Positions 19,274-28,929 of a stretch of DNA of 64,000 nt are shown one piece after another (within the stretch, counting starts at the first letter, position 1; every line of letters starts with the position of its first letter). The translations under genes and the position numbers were made by a program. The notes under the pieces were generated by a model. The model was not told where the DNA came from. It made no database searches and was given only the letters and a program-made list of their open reading frames with translations. This stretch comes from Limisphaerales bacterium (lineage in GTDB: Bacteria; Verrucomicrobiota; Verrucomicrobiia; Limisphaerales; AAA164-E04), in the NCBI GenBank assembly GCA_965204945.1, contig OZ242022.1, positions 4,245,591-4,309,590 of the forward strand. The letters run 5' to 3'.

Positions 19274-20452
19274 TTAGCGGGTTCCCATGCCGACGCTTTG
19301 GACGGTTTGAAAGAGTTTGCCTTCGGTCTTGATGCTCGGCGCGATGATGATTTCGGTTTCCTGAAAAGCGCGGATGTCGGCGGCGCCGACGTTGCCCATG
19401 CAGGTTCGTATGGCGCCGACGAGGTTTTGAGATCCGTCGTCCACTTCGGCCGGGCCAAAGAGGATTTGCTCTAGTGTTCCGGTAATGCCCACCTTAATCC
19501 GTGTGCCTCGGGGGAGATTGGCGTGCGGAGTGGCCATTCCCCAGTGGTTGCCTTGTCCGGGCGCTTCCACCGTGCGGGCGAAGGCGCTGCCGACCATGAC
19601 GGCGTCCGCGCCGCAAGCTAAGGCTTTGCAAACGTCGCCTCCTTTGCTCATGCCGCCGTCGGTGATGATGGGCACGTAGCGGCCGCTTTTTTTGTGGTAG
19701 TAGTCGCGGGCGGCGGCGCAATCCACTGTGGCGGTGACTTGGGGAACGCCGAGACCAAGCACGCCTCGGCTGGTGCAGGCGGCTCCGGGACCGACCCCCA
19801 CAAGAACGCCCGCCACGCCGCGTTCCATCAGTTGAAGCGCCACATTGTAGGTGACGGCGTTGCCGATGATGACCGGAATGTTCATGTCTCGGCAAAAAGA
19901 AGCCAGATCCAAGGACTTGTATTTTGAGGAAATGTGACGGACGGTGGAAACAGTGGATTGAACCACGAAAATGTCCGCGCCAGATTCTTGGGCAATGGCG
20001 CCGTAGCGTTCGGCCTTTTGAGGAATGGCGCTGACGGCCGCCCAAACGCCGGTTTCTTTGATCTCGGCGATTCGTTTGCGGATCAGCTCTTCTTTGATAG
20101 GTTCGGCGTAGAGTTTTTGTATCAGCGAAGTAACGCTGTCTTGATCGGCGTTGACCACTTGCGCCAGCGCTCCGGAGGGATTTTCGTAGCGGGTTTGAAT
20201 TCCTTCCAGATTGATGACGCCAATGCCGCCCAAGTTGCCCATGACTTGGCAAAAGCGCACGTCGGTGACGCCGTCCATTGCGCTGGCGAGAATGGGGATT
20301 TTGAGGAGAATGCCTCCGCCGTCTTTGGTCGGAATCCGAAAACTAGTGTCCACTTCTTCCGGATTGATCGTGACTTCCCCCGGCACGAGGGCAATCTCGT
20401 CGAACCCGTAGGTGACGCGGGCTTTTCGATTGCGGCCAATCCACATTCCCAT
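19274..20452 (-). CDS. IMP dehydrogenase-related protein lacking CBS domains (GuaB3-like)
   Basis: [10 protein letters not shown]...[11 protein letters not shown]...[11 protein letters not shown]...[27 protein letters not shown]. Confidence 0.8.
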   Translation of the reverse strand: MGMWIGRNRKARVTYGFDEIALVPGEVTINPEEVDTSFRIPTKDGGGILLKIPILASAMDGVTDVRFCQVMGNLGGIGVINLEGIQTRYENPSGALAQVVNADQDSVTSLIQKLYAEPIKEELIRKRIAEIKETGVWAAVSAIPQKAERYGAIAQESGADIFVVQSTVSTVRHISSKYKSLDLASFCRDMNIPVIIGNAVTYNVALQLMERGVAGVLVGVGPGAACTSRGVLGLGVPQVTATVDCAAARDYYHKKSGRYVPIITDGGMSKGGDVCKALACGADAVMVGSAFARTVEAPGQGNHWGMATPHANLPRGTRIKVGITGTLEQILFGPAEVDDGSQNLVGAIRTCMGNVGAADIRAFQETEIIIAPSIKTEGKLFQTVQSVGMGTR

Positions 20453-20487
20453 AATGCTTCAGAATTGGGGCGCGAGGTCTTCCGGCG

Positions 20488-20808
20488 CTAAGGTTGCTCG
20501 CCGTTTTGTTCCTCTTCCTCTTCTTCGTCAAAGTATTCGTCGTCGGGTTCGAATTCGGGTTCCGCGTAATTCAAGGGCATGGGCATTTGGGCGGCTCGAT
20601 GAACGGCGGATTGGCCTTCGGGCACTTCCTCCAGCGGGACGGCAAAGTAGGCTTGTTTCACTTTGCCCCATAGCTCCAGGATGGGGTCTTCGGCGGGACG
20701 AACCAGTCGATAGTGACGGTTGGTTCTTTCATCGCGGACGATGTCTCCGTTTTCCGGCACCTTGCCGTCGTCGTTCTCAGCAATTAGGTATACTTCTTGT
20801 TCTTCCAT
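20488..20808 (-). CDS. Hypothetical acidic protein (106 aa, poly-Glu tail)
   Basis: Clean ORF on the same strand as its neighbours. No recognised family. Confidence 0.45.
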   Translation of the reverse strand: MEEQEVYLIAENDDGKVPENGDIVRDERTNRHYRLVRPAEDPILELWGKVKQAYFAVPLEEVPEGQSAVHRAAQMPMPLNYAEPEFEPDDEYFDEEEEEEQNGEQP

Positions 20809-21004
20809 AAGCGTTAGTGATTTGCAGAATTTATTTATCGGTCAATTTCTTCTGAGTGGATTTTTGCGGCGGCGCGCCGCCACTGTCCGCCGCTATAGGC
20901 GTCCGTAGGGATGCTGTTTTCGTCGCTCTTTTCACATTCCTATGCACAACTTGCATCTGCGTCAACGGCGATTCTGTTTGTCGGGTTTCCTCACTCTCTG
21001 CGAT

Positions 21005-21235
21005 TCAAAAGTTGAATTTGTTGTTCATGACGCTGCAATGCGGGCATCGGGAGCGTTCCACGTCGGAATCATCGGTGTAAACATAGGCACAATTTTTGCA
21101 GCGAAACACGTTGTCGTTACTTCGCGGGGGCTCGAAACGCCTCCGGCGAACTTCGGAGCATAACCCAATCAAAGACAAGCAGGCAAGCGAAGAAGCAACG
21201 TAGCAGAATAAAAAATCGTCCAAGGAGAGGGTCAT
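21005..21235 (-). CDS. Small membrane-anchored zinc-ribbon protein (76 aa)
   Basis: One TM helix, then CKNC...x14...CPHC. The ATG overlaps the upstream stop (ATGA at 21232..21235). Confidence 0.5.
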   Translation of the reverse strand: MTLSLDDFLFCYVASSLACLSLIGLCSEVRRRRFEPPRSNDNVFRCKNCAYVYTDDSDVERSRCPHCSVMNNKFNF

Positions 21236-22044
21236 GGCGAGTTGTCGGCAGAGAGGCCGTCTTGCGGAGCGCTGACGGACCAGTGAAAAATGATTTTTCC
21301 CCAAACAAAGCCGCCGGCCGCCGGCCGGGAAGAATCCGGCGCCGGTTGGAACCGAAGTTGGCGAACCCACCTTAGCGCCTCCGCATCCGCTCCGGGAAGA
21401 TAGCCGGCCGGCAAACGCTTCGCCGGCAAACTGTTGGAAAGAATGACCGCGGTTTGCACTCGCCCAAGTTGGTCGACGACCGCCTCGATGACGGTTGGAT
21501 GCGGCAAAGTTTTCGGCGGCCAAGAAGGAGCGGAAATCGCCGGGTAGATTTTCGGCAACCGGGTTTGGACGTCGCCGAGAATGCGAATGAGCGGCGCGGA
21601 CTCCGTCGTTTTTTGCGAATGCTCGGATTCAGAGAGAACCGGCGACGGCTTCGACACAACCGAGGAAGAAATCGATGGCTGCGCGCTTTTGCGCTTCCCA
21701 ACCGCCGTCCCGTCAACGGCCCGCTTTCCCTCGTAGTATTGCGGCGGCTCCGTCCAAGCTTCGTATTTGTGATCCGGCGACCAAGTCTCTTCCCAGAGAC
21801 TGCCGGAGAAACTTTGCCGATGAATCCGAGAGAAAAGAGAAGGATCGCGAGATAACAACCAGTTGCCCGCGCTCCTTTGTTGAGAGTCGATGAGATAAAC
21901 GCCGCCGTCCGAGGACTTCTGAGGCGGCGGCAAAGCCCAATCGGAAACGAAAAAGACCAGCATCCCCTGAATGGCGAAGACAAAGACAACCATGGAAATC
22001 CACTGCGAAATCGTCCACCGCGTCGGTTCGTTCGTCGCCGTCAT
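21232..22044 (-). CDS. TonB-like energy-transducer protein (N-terminal TM helix, Pro-rich linker, TonB_C-like end)
   Basis: WTISQWISMVVFVFAIQGMLVFFV...PPPQK...; C-terminal VIEAVVDQLGRV...ALRWVRQLRFQPA. It lies downstream of exbB and exbD. Confidence 0.5.
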   Translation of the reverse strand: MTATNEPTRWTISQWISMVVFVFAIQGMLVFFVSDWALPPPQKSSDGGVYLIDSQQRSAGNWLLSRDPSLFSRIHRQSFSGSLWEETWSPDHKYEAWTEPPQYYEGKRAVDGTAVGKRKSAQPSISSSVVSKPSPVLSESEHSQKTTESAPLIRILGDVQTRLPKIYPAISAPSWPPKTLPHPTVIEAVVDQLGRVQTAVILSNSLPAKRLPAGYLPGADAEALRWVRQLRFQPAPDSSRPAAGGFVWGKIIFHWSVSAPQDGLSADNSP

Positions 22045-22478
22045 TGATCGTGAAAAAGAGTTTGCTCGCCCACCCCAAACGCCTCGCCAATGCCCACCTG
22101 AAAAACTTGGCCGACGCCCTCTTCCAGAGCGATTTGATAGACTTGGGAAAATGTTTCGTAGCCGGCTTCCTTGTCCATCAAAACAATGAGAGAAGGCGGA
22201 CGCTCGGACTGGACGACGGCCCGCCCCAGTTTCTTGCGAAACTCCTCCAAGCTGACTAATTGACTCTTAAAGTGGATTTGCCCCCCCTCGGCAATTGCCA
22301 CTTCTAGTTGGGGCAAGTTGGGACGGACGCTTTGAGGTTGCCTCATCCTTACCCCCGGAAAAGGAACCAGCAGGGGGCTAAACACCAAAAAAATGACCAG
22401 CAGAAAAAAGACCGAGGCGAAGGGAGCAAAGTCCAGCCTGCCGCCGTGAAAAATCTTGGCCTTGCGGGGGAATTTCAT
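22041..22478 (-). CDS. exbD: Biopolymer transport protein ExbD/TolR
   Basis: MKFPRKAKIFHGGRLDFAPFASVFFLLVIFLVF.... The ATGA overlap with the exbB stop is at 22475..22478. Confidence 0.75.
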   Translation of the reverse strand: MKFPRKAKIFHGGRLDFAPFASVFFLLVIFLVFSPLLVPFPGVRMRQPQSVRPNLPQLEVAIAEGGQIHFKSQLVSLEEFRKKLGRAVVQSERPPSLIVLMDKEAGYETFSQVYQIALEEGVGQVFQVGIGEAFGVGEQTLFHDQ

Positions 22479-23158
22479 CTCGCTTCCCTTCCATTCGGGT
22501 TCTCGGTTTCCAAGACAATATTGATGATTTCCATGGACGCCTTTTCCATATCTAAAACGATGGAGTTGACGCGGCTCACCAAATAATTGTAAGCGGCGTA
22601 GCAGGGAATCGCAATCGCCAAGCCAAAGGCGGCGCAAGTCAACGCCTTCATAATGCCTTCCGCCAACTTCGAAAAGCCCGGATAAACAGCGCTCCCCGAA
22701 ACCGCAAAGGAAATATCGATCATTCCCAAAATTGTCCCGAACAAGCCAAGAAGCGGCGCAATTTGAGCAATCGTCGCCAGCAGGTTGAGTTTTTCCTCCA
22801 ATCGAGAAACTTCTATCAATCCCGTTTCTTCCAAAGTTTCGCGCACAGATTCCCGGCCAGAGCCTCGTCTGAGAATAGCGGCTCTTACCAACTGCGCCAC
22901 CGGACCGGGCGTCGCGTCGCAAATGGAAATGGCCTCCACGACGTTCGACTGCCGCAAGACGTTCCGAATCCCTTCCAAGAACCCGGCCGAGTGAATCTGA
23001 GCCCGATGATAATGAAGAAACCTCTCGATAAATATCCCAATGGCCAAAGCGCTAATCAGCAACAGAATCCACGCCACCGGCCCGCCGGATTGAATCAAAC
23101 TAGGCAACGACATTGACAACGAAAATAAGCCATACCCCAAGCGCCCGCAAGCGGCCAC
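22475..23158 (-). CDS. exbB: MotA/TolQ/ExbB proton-channel protein
   Basis: Three TM helices and LATIAQIAPLLGLFGTILGMI. Confidence 0.85.
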   Translation of the reverse strand: MAACGRLGYGLFSLSMSLPSLIQSGGPVAWILLLISALAIGIFIERFLHYHRAQIHSAGFLEGIRNVLRQSNVVEAISICDATPGPVAQLVRAAILRRGSGRESVRETLEETGLIEVSRLEEKLNLLATIAQIAPLLGLFGTILGMIDISFAVSGSAVYPGFSKLAEGIMKALTCAAFGLAIAIPCYAAYNYLVSRVNSIVLDMEKASMEIINIVLETENPNGREAR

Positions 23159-23159
23159 T

Positions 23160-24035
23160 TCAATGCGTCAGCGCGTAATACACGATGTTAATGCCCATCG
23201 GATAGGAATACTTCTCCGAATAAGCGGCAAAAAACCACCGGCTCACGCCTTCTTCCTCCCAGCCATCACTCAAATCCGTGTTGTGACACATAAGCACCAT
23301 AATCCGCCCCTTGTCGTCCAAAATCGCCTTGTAATCCGCGGGGCGCGGCGTCTCCCAATAGATTTCATCCTCCCAAGACTCTGCAGCAGTTCCCCGATTG
23401 CGATGCGCCGAGTCCTCGCTGGGAACTTGCGGCGCCTTCTCCAAAGGAAAAACGCAGTGGAAAATGGGATGCGTCAAAGGAAGACTCACCGGCTCCCGAT
23501 CTGGAAAGACCGATTCCATTTCCCCAAGAAAATGCTCCAGCATGCCCTCGCCCCAGAAATCGTCCACCATAAGAAAACCCCCGTTCAGCAAATAAGTCCG
23601 CAATACCTCCGCCTCCACCGGAGAAAGAAACAAATTCCGAGGATCAATCATAAAAATAAAGGGATAATCAAACAACCGATCGTCTAAGAAATCCATCACC
23701 TCCCCTTGCGGATCCACTTTCATCGAGGTCAACTCCTCCAGCCGATAAGAAAAATTCAAATCAGCGGCCGGATAATCAATCCGCCAACGACCTCTGCCGC
23801 TCCGGGAAAAATACATCACCCGAACAAAAGTGAACACATCCTCCCGAAACTTCTCCATGACCTCCCACTCCGGCACGCCGCCGCGCAAATCCCCGCCTCG
23901 CCCGGAAATCATCCGACCCCTTCCCATGCCCGTTCCGCCGAAATCAGCCCCACCTCCCGACCGTTGCCCCAAAGCAATCGGAACGAACAACGCTGCCAAA
24001 AACAAAACCACAAACTTCTTGCCAAACTTCTCCAT
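23160..24035 (-). CDS. DUF4159-like secreted protein
   Basis: Signal peptide MEKFGKKFVVLFLAALFVPIALG. Also WRIDYPAADLNFSYRL...DYPFIFMIDPRNLFLSPVEAEVLRTYLLNGGFLMVDDFWG. Confidence 0.65.
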   Translation of the reverse strand: MEKFGKKFVVLFLAALFVPIALGQRSGGGADFGGTGMGRGRMISGRGGDLRGGVPEWEVMEKFREDVFTFVRVMYFSRSGRGRWRIDYPAADLNFSYRLEELTSMKVDPQGEVMDFLDDRLFDYPFIFMIDPRNLFLSPVEAEVLRTYLLNGGFLMVDDFWGEGMLEHFLGEMESVFPDREPVSLPLTHPIFHCVFPLEKAPQVPSEDSAHRNRGTAAESWEDEIYWETPRPADYKAILDDKGRIMVLMCHNTDLSDGWEEEGVSRWFFAAYSEKYSYPMGINIVYYALTH

Positions 24036-24412
24036 ACACACAAGCCACAACCACAATAAGCGAAACAATAATAATAATCCAATGCCGATCCTACGCGTCC
24101 CAGCGCCCAAATCCCGCGGAGATTCTGCAACAATCTCAACCTAATTGGCAAACGTATTGTCCATCCCATAGTTATACTGCGACTACAATATCTCTTAGCA
24201 AAAGACACGTCGCACACAATTTACGACGCAATAAAAAACACAAATCAACCATAAAACTCTCCAGCCAGAAAAAGCAAAGGGAAAACAGAAAACCAACCGC
24301 TACTTCTTGCCTCGCCCCCACAAACGCCGATAACTTCCCCTCCCAATAAAGCGAACAGAAAAAACAAAGTCGGCAAGGTCTCAAAGGCTGTTTTTCCTCT
24401 CGTTTAGCCCTC

Positions 24413-27082
24413 CTAGCGCAAGCGACGAATGCGATAAAAACACGAGGGCGCATTGGTATGCAACAACGGCAACCGCACCGCCGTGTTCGTCCGCGTCGCC
24501 GCTATCTCCCCAGAAGCCGGCAACCACCCTTGCGAAGACAATAGGTTCGTCTGGCATTGAACTTGATATACCCGCCCCACAACCGACGGCCAACGCAACG
24601 AGATAAAGTGGGTCTCGCTCAAATCATCCGTAATCCTTAATGCGGGCTCCGGCTGCGGCGCATTCCCTGATATCAACAACGATACCCATTGATTCGTCCA
24701 CACCGCTTGATTCGTATAGGCCATTGCGCTTCCCGTCACCGGCCGCAACGGAAAGGTCAACCGCCTCCGTCCCCCTCTTTGGGTCACATTCACTTCATAA
24801 ACGCCGTTGGTGATTGGACTTTCCACAACCACTTGCTCCACATTGTCCCGGCTGTTGTGACCGCGCCGAGCTGCCCTTGCCGGATTGGCCGGATCTAACA
24901 CCCAAGGATAAAAATATTGGAGGGACGGAGCTGTGTTTGTGTTGGAAGTTATGTTTGTGTTGGAGTTGGAGTTGGTAACGATTGTAGGCTGAGTGAGATA
25001 TAAGTTTAGATTGTTAACGAGCATTCGATCAGTAGAGTCTAAGGCGGGGGCCGGCAAGGTTTGCGGCGGCGGATCGTTCCAGCAAAGAGTGACTTTGAGT
25101 GGCTCGTTGCCTCTGGCCACAACGGGAAACTTGATGTAATCGGTGTAGTCTTTGGTTGTTCCATTGGTGGCCACGGTTCGGATGTTGTATAGAGGAACTT
25201 CTTTGATGTGGGCGAGAGAATCGCTGTGGAAGTTGTTGGTCATGAGGTTGGCGGCGGATAGGGCGTTGAAGAGCCCCCAACCGAAGCGATAGTCGGGGCC
25301 GGGATGATCCCCGGCTTCATCGGCGGTGTGAATGGCGCGCGCGCGCAAAGTGGAAGCCAGCATTGGCTGGTTGTTGGTTCCCACTTGCCGGCGATGCAGT
25401 TGCACCAACAAATTCAACGAACCCGCTACCGTCGGCGCCGCTATGCTGGTGCCGGAAACAGTACGATAACTCATATTGACGTCATTGGTTGAAGTGCTTT
25501 GATCGATATCAGTTGAGTAAATATGCTCTCCGGCGGCAACGACGTCGGGTTTGATTCTTCCGTCGTCTGTCGGCCCCCAACTGCTGAACGCGCTCATCAC
25601 GACGTTGGTGTTTACTATCACATTGGTCGTCGTCACTGTATTAGTGATCATCATGCCATCAGGAAAAGTGGTTATGTTTGTGGTAGTAACAATGTTGGTT
25701 GTCATGGATCCATAACCCCCCGGTATTTTCCGCACGGCACCGACAACCAAACCATTTTTGTTCACTGTATATGCTCGCAATAGATCGTAACCACCGTCCA
25801 CATCGAAGTCATTAGCGGGCAGGGTATTCGTATGTAATACTGGAGTCATGTTAGTAACTAATGTTGATATTCCATTAACGGTGTTTGTTGTGACTTGGTT
25901 AGTTAGTGCAAAATAGCGATTAGTTACTAAGGTAAGGTGAAATTGTCCATCAATGTCAGAAATCCCGTAGGGGCGTCCAGGATTACCTCGCTCATTGCCG
26001 GCAGGCCATACCGAAAGATAATAACGGCTCCAATAGGCAATGTCGTCGACTGCCTGCGAACGTTCGCCGTAAAATCCAAACTTATAATCCTCCGTAGCAT
26101 TGACAGCGGGGACTCCCCTCCAGATGGGGTAGTAATTATTCGAATAGTTAATCCATCCTCCCCAACCAGCATGTCGATCGTAAGAGTTATTGGAAAGTCG
26201 AAAATGATTGTTGGCGTTGGCAAAGGCGGCGGTCATTTCCGTGAAGTCATTGCGGTAGTCGTGCGCGAGCAACGTAGCATGAGGTGACATTCCTCTGGCA
26301 CGGGGATCGGCACCGGTCGCCACCAACGTGCCGGCGTCGAGTGTTGCATGCTGATCTGCACCGGCGTCGTTGACGTCGTCTCCGTCGATCACTCGGCTAC
26401 TGACTTCGTCAGCACTGCTGGTAATCGCAAACTCTTGATGGCTGGCCAGAACATCTCCTCTGTCCCACATGGCCAACTGAGTGCCTTCCCCATTGAGGTT
26501 CAAACCGGAAAGTCCGTGGAGCAACGCGCTGTTCGTTGTCCACAGTTCGTCGGTTCCAATCGTGTCCGCTGCTTCCACATTGGCAGTGGTGAGATAAACA
26601 GGCTCGCCATGTTCCACTCCAACCATCACGGCAAAAAAATGGTAGTATTGTACAGGGCGCTCTATTGGAAAAGAAATCTCCCCATTGTCCCACGGATCGA
26701 GGCGAACAAGACGATCCCGCCATACCAGCGGCAAGCCGGTTCGTTTGGAGAAGGCTTCGGCCTCGGCGCGTTCGGCGGCCTGCCACGCACCGAGCTCGTT
26801 GGAAAAAGTCCGGACAAGTTCCGGGCCGCCGCCAGTTTTCCATAGTTCAAAGCCAATGGGCTCAGGCAAGCCTTCGATGCTGAGGCCGGGCGGTTGCAAC
26901 CAAGGCGCAAAGTTCTCGTTGAAGTCTTCCAGAACGGCGGGATCGATGCCCGGCCCGTTTTCATCCACAATAACCGGCCCGTTGGGCGGGTCTTCGTCTT
27001 CGCCCGGAGCAGATTGCGCCAACAAGCCGACGTTGCCGCCAGCCAATAGTGCCAAAGATGCGAAAAGAATGAACTTTTTCAT
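24413..27082 (-). CDS. S8 (subtilisin-like) serine peptidase, secreted, 889 aa
   Basis: Signal peptide MKKFILFASLALLAGG. Candidate catalytic residues sit in AMWDRGDV (Asp), DQHATLDAGT (His) and SGTSIAAPTVAGSL (Ser). Confidence 0.85.
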   Translation of the reverse strand: MKKFILFASLALLAGGNVGLLAQSAPGEDEDPPNGPVIVDENGPGIDPAVLEDFNENFAPWLQPPGLSIEGLPEPIGFELWKTGGGPELVRTFSNELGAWQAAERAEAEAFSKRTGLPLVWRDRLVRLDPWDNGEISFPIERPVQYYHFFAVMVGVEHGEPVYLTTANVEAADTIGTDELWTTNSALLHGLSGLNLNGEGTQLAMWDRGDVLASHQEFAITSSADEVSSRVIDGDDVNDAGADQHATLDAGTLVATGADPRARGMSPHATLLAHDYRNDFTEMTAAFANANNHFRLSNNSYDRHAGWGGWINYSNNYYPIWRGVPAVNATEDYKFGFYGERSQAVDDIAYWSRYYLSVWPAGNERGNPGRPYGISDIDGQFHLTLVTNRYFALTNQVTTNTVNGISTLVTNMTPVLHTNTLPANDFDVDGGYDLLRAYTVNKNGLVVGAVRKIPGGYGSMTTNIVTTTNITTFPDGMMITNTVTTTNVIVNTNVVMSAFSSWGPTDDGRIKPDVVAAGEHIYSTDIDQSTSTNDVNMSYRTVSGTSIAAPTVAGSLNLLVQLHRRQVGTNNQPMLASTLRARAIHTADEAGDHPGPDYRFGWGLFNALSAANLMTNNFHSDSLAHIKEVPLYNIRTVATNGTTKDYTDYIKFPVVARGNEPLKVTLCWNDPPPQTLPAPALDSTDRMLVNNLNLYLTQPTIVTNSNSNTNITSNTNTAPSLQYFYPWVLDPANPARAARRGHNSRDNVEQVVVESPITNGVYEVNVTQRGGRRRLTFPLRPVTGSAMAYTNQAVWTNQWVSLLISGNAPQPEPALRITDDLSETHFISLRWPSVVGRVYQVQCQTNLLSSQGWLPASGEIAATRTNTAVRLPLLHTNAPSCFYRIRRLR

Positions 27083-27106
27083 GACTTCAGTCTTAATTCA
27101 GTCCTA

Positions 27107-27165
27107 AATTGATCGTTTAGTGGCAATCAAAGCCGAACTTGCGTCCAGAGTCAACAAAAAAAAGG
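27107..27165. repeat. Leader repeat X1 (upstream of the S8 peptidase start)
   Basis: GAT(C/T)(G/A)TTTAGTGG(C/T)AAT.CAAAGCCGAACTTG...GAGTCAACAAAAAAGG is shared with 27211..27268. Confidence 0.7.
27126..27154 (-). promoter_or_regulatory. Sigma70-like promoter candidate for the S8 peptidase gene (TTGACT-N17-TTTGAT)
   Basis: -35 at 27154..27149, -10 at 27131..27126, about 44 nt upstream of the ATG at 27082. The same block is duplicated at 27211..27268. Confidence 0.3.
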
Positions 27166-27210
27166 CTGTCTGTTTGCGGCATTAGAAACTTTTTCATCAT
27201 TTTCACCTTA

Positions 27211-27268
27211 CAATGATTATTTAGTGGTAATACAAAGCCGAACTTGTATTTTGAGTCAACAAAAAAGG
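27211..27268. repeat. Leader repeat X2
   Basis: Near-identical to X1. On the minus strand it is followed by a truncated ATGAAAAAGTTT start copy at 27196. Confidence 0.7.
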
Positions 27269-27284
27269 TTTGGAGGAGTTCGGG

Positions 27285-27540
27285 GTCGTCTGATGGTTTC
27301 CCCAGTTCAAGGCCGATGGGTTTAGGCAGGCCTTTGATAGTGAGGCCGGGTGGTTGCCGCTAAGGCGCAAAGTTTTTGTTGAAGTTTTGGGGAGCGGCAA
27401 GGTCGATGCCCGCTTGTTTTCGTCTATGATGTCGGGGTTGTAGGGTAGGTTTTTGTCTTTGCCGGGCGCGGGTTGCACCAGCAAGCCATGGTTGTCGCTA
27501 GCTCACAATGCCAAAGATGCGCAAAGGAGAAACTTCTTCA
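27285..27540 (-). pseudogene. Degenerate duplicate of the first ~85 codons of the S8 peptidase gene
   Basis: 27285..27545 aligns by eye with 26825..27085 at an offset of ~460 bp. One example is TGAGGCCGGGTGGTTGCCGCTAAGGCGCAAAG against TGAGGCCGGGCGGTTGCAACCAAGGCGCAAAG. The start is degraded to GTG and there are in-frame stops. Confidence 0.7.
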
Positions 27541-27848
27541 CGATTAAGTTTATCTTTTCCACGGGTTTATTTGGCAGAGATTAAGGCCTTGGTTTGTGTT
27601 TAGATATAGCAAAAGAACTTGTTTGTTTGGAGAAGAGAAATGGCGAGAAATGGTTTGTTCAGTTTGTTTTTATACATGCGCCGTGTGTTAGTTTCCAGCA
27701 GAAGTGGAGTTGGATTGGCCGGGAAGGCAATGGAGAAGGCCATCCGGCGTATTGGGGAATTTGCCGTTTCATTGCGGAGCGAAGAAGGCGTCGTGTTTTT
27801 CCTTTTACTTGCTTTTTCGGGACAATACTTTTTTAACTTGAAAGAAAT

Positions 27849-28925
27849 ATGCGTTTGGAGCATCTGCAAAACGTCTCACAAATTGTGGTTAAGTTTGGGA
27901 CCGGGATTTTGACCGATGAGGACAATTTACTGGAATCTTCTCAGATGGAGCAGCTGGTGGATCAAGTGGCTTCGTTGTATCGGGACGGCAAGGAAGTGAT
28001 TGTAGTTTCTTCGGGGGCGGTCGGGGCGGGTATGGGCGTTCTCGGCCTCAAGAGGCGTCCCGCCTTGTTGCCGCAGCTTCAGGCGTGCGCGGCTTTGGGG
28101 CAGTCGAAGTTGATCGCCGCTTATCAAGCGCTTTTCGCTAAGAAGGGGATTTTGACGGCTCAAGTGTTGCTAACGCATGAAGACCTTCAGGATCACGATC
28201 GTCACCTCAACGCCCGCAACACTCTTTCGACGTTGATGGAACAGGGGATTGTTCCCATCGTAAACGAGAACGATGCTGTTTCTTTTACGGAGTTGAAGTT
28301 TGGCGACAATGACGCGTTGTCCGCGCTTGTGGCGTGTTTGTTGCCGGCAGATTTGCTGATTATCCTGACTACGGCCGAAGGAGTGATTCAAGGGTTTGGC
28401 GCCTCTGAATCCAAACGGCTTGGCGTGATTGAAAAGATTGATCGCCGCATTGAGTCCTTGTCCGGAGGAACGCAAAAATCCACCGCTATCGGCGGCATGA
28501 CGAGCAAAATTCAAGCCGCGAAGATCGCCAGCCGCGCCGGCATTCCCACTCTCATCGCCTCCGGCCGCAACCCCCGCATTTTGAGCCGTCTTTTGACCGG
28601 AGAAGACGAAGGGACGCTCATCCTCCCCGCCGCCGCGAAACTGAAGGGAAGGAAACGTTGGATCGCTTTTTTTCACCGTCCTCAAGGAAAATTGATTGTT
28701 GACGCCGGCGCCAAAACGGCTCTGCGGGAAAACGGAAAAAGTCTTCTTTCCAAAGGCGTTGTCCGCGCCGCCGGTCGTTTCCGCAAAAACGAAGTGGTCT
28801 CCATTTGCGATTGGGAAGGCACCGAGTTCGGGCGCGGTCTGGCGGCTTTGGACGCGCCTCAATTCGCCAAGAAACCCATCCAGGCAAAAGTCGCCGTTCA
28901 CCGCGACAACATGGTCATTCTCTGA
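27849..28925 (+). CDS. proB: Glutamate 5-kinase (with PUA domain)
   Basis: VVKFGTGILT...VVSSGAVGAGM...IVNENDAV...FGDNDALSA; 358 aa. Confidence 0.9.
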   Translation: MRLEHLQNVSQIVVKFGTGILTDEDNLLESSQMEQLVDQVASLYRDGKEVIVVSSGAVGAGMGVLGLKRRPALLPQLQACAALGQSKLIAAYQALFAKKGILTAQVLLTHEDLQDHDRHLNARNTLSTLMEQGIVPIVNENDAVSFTELKFGDNDALSALVACLLPADLLIILTTAEGVIQGFGASESKRLGVIEKIDRRIESLSGGTQKSTAIGGMTSKIQAAKIASRAGIPTLIASGRNPRILSRLLTGEDEGTLILPAAAKLKGRKRWIAFFHRPQGKLIVDAGAKTALRENGKSLLSKGVVRAAGRFRKNEVVSICDWEGTEFGRGLAALDAPQFAKKPIQAKVAVHRDNMVIL

Positions 28926-28929
28926 TTCG

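Noticed and set aside
27221-27484. 87-aa ORF on the minus strand.
   Set aside because: It is an out-of-frame reading of the degenerate duplicate of the S8 peptidase 5' end. Its sequence parallels ORF 26662..26970, which is an off-frame reading of the real gene.
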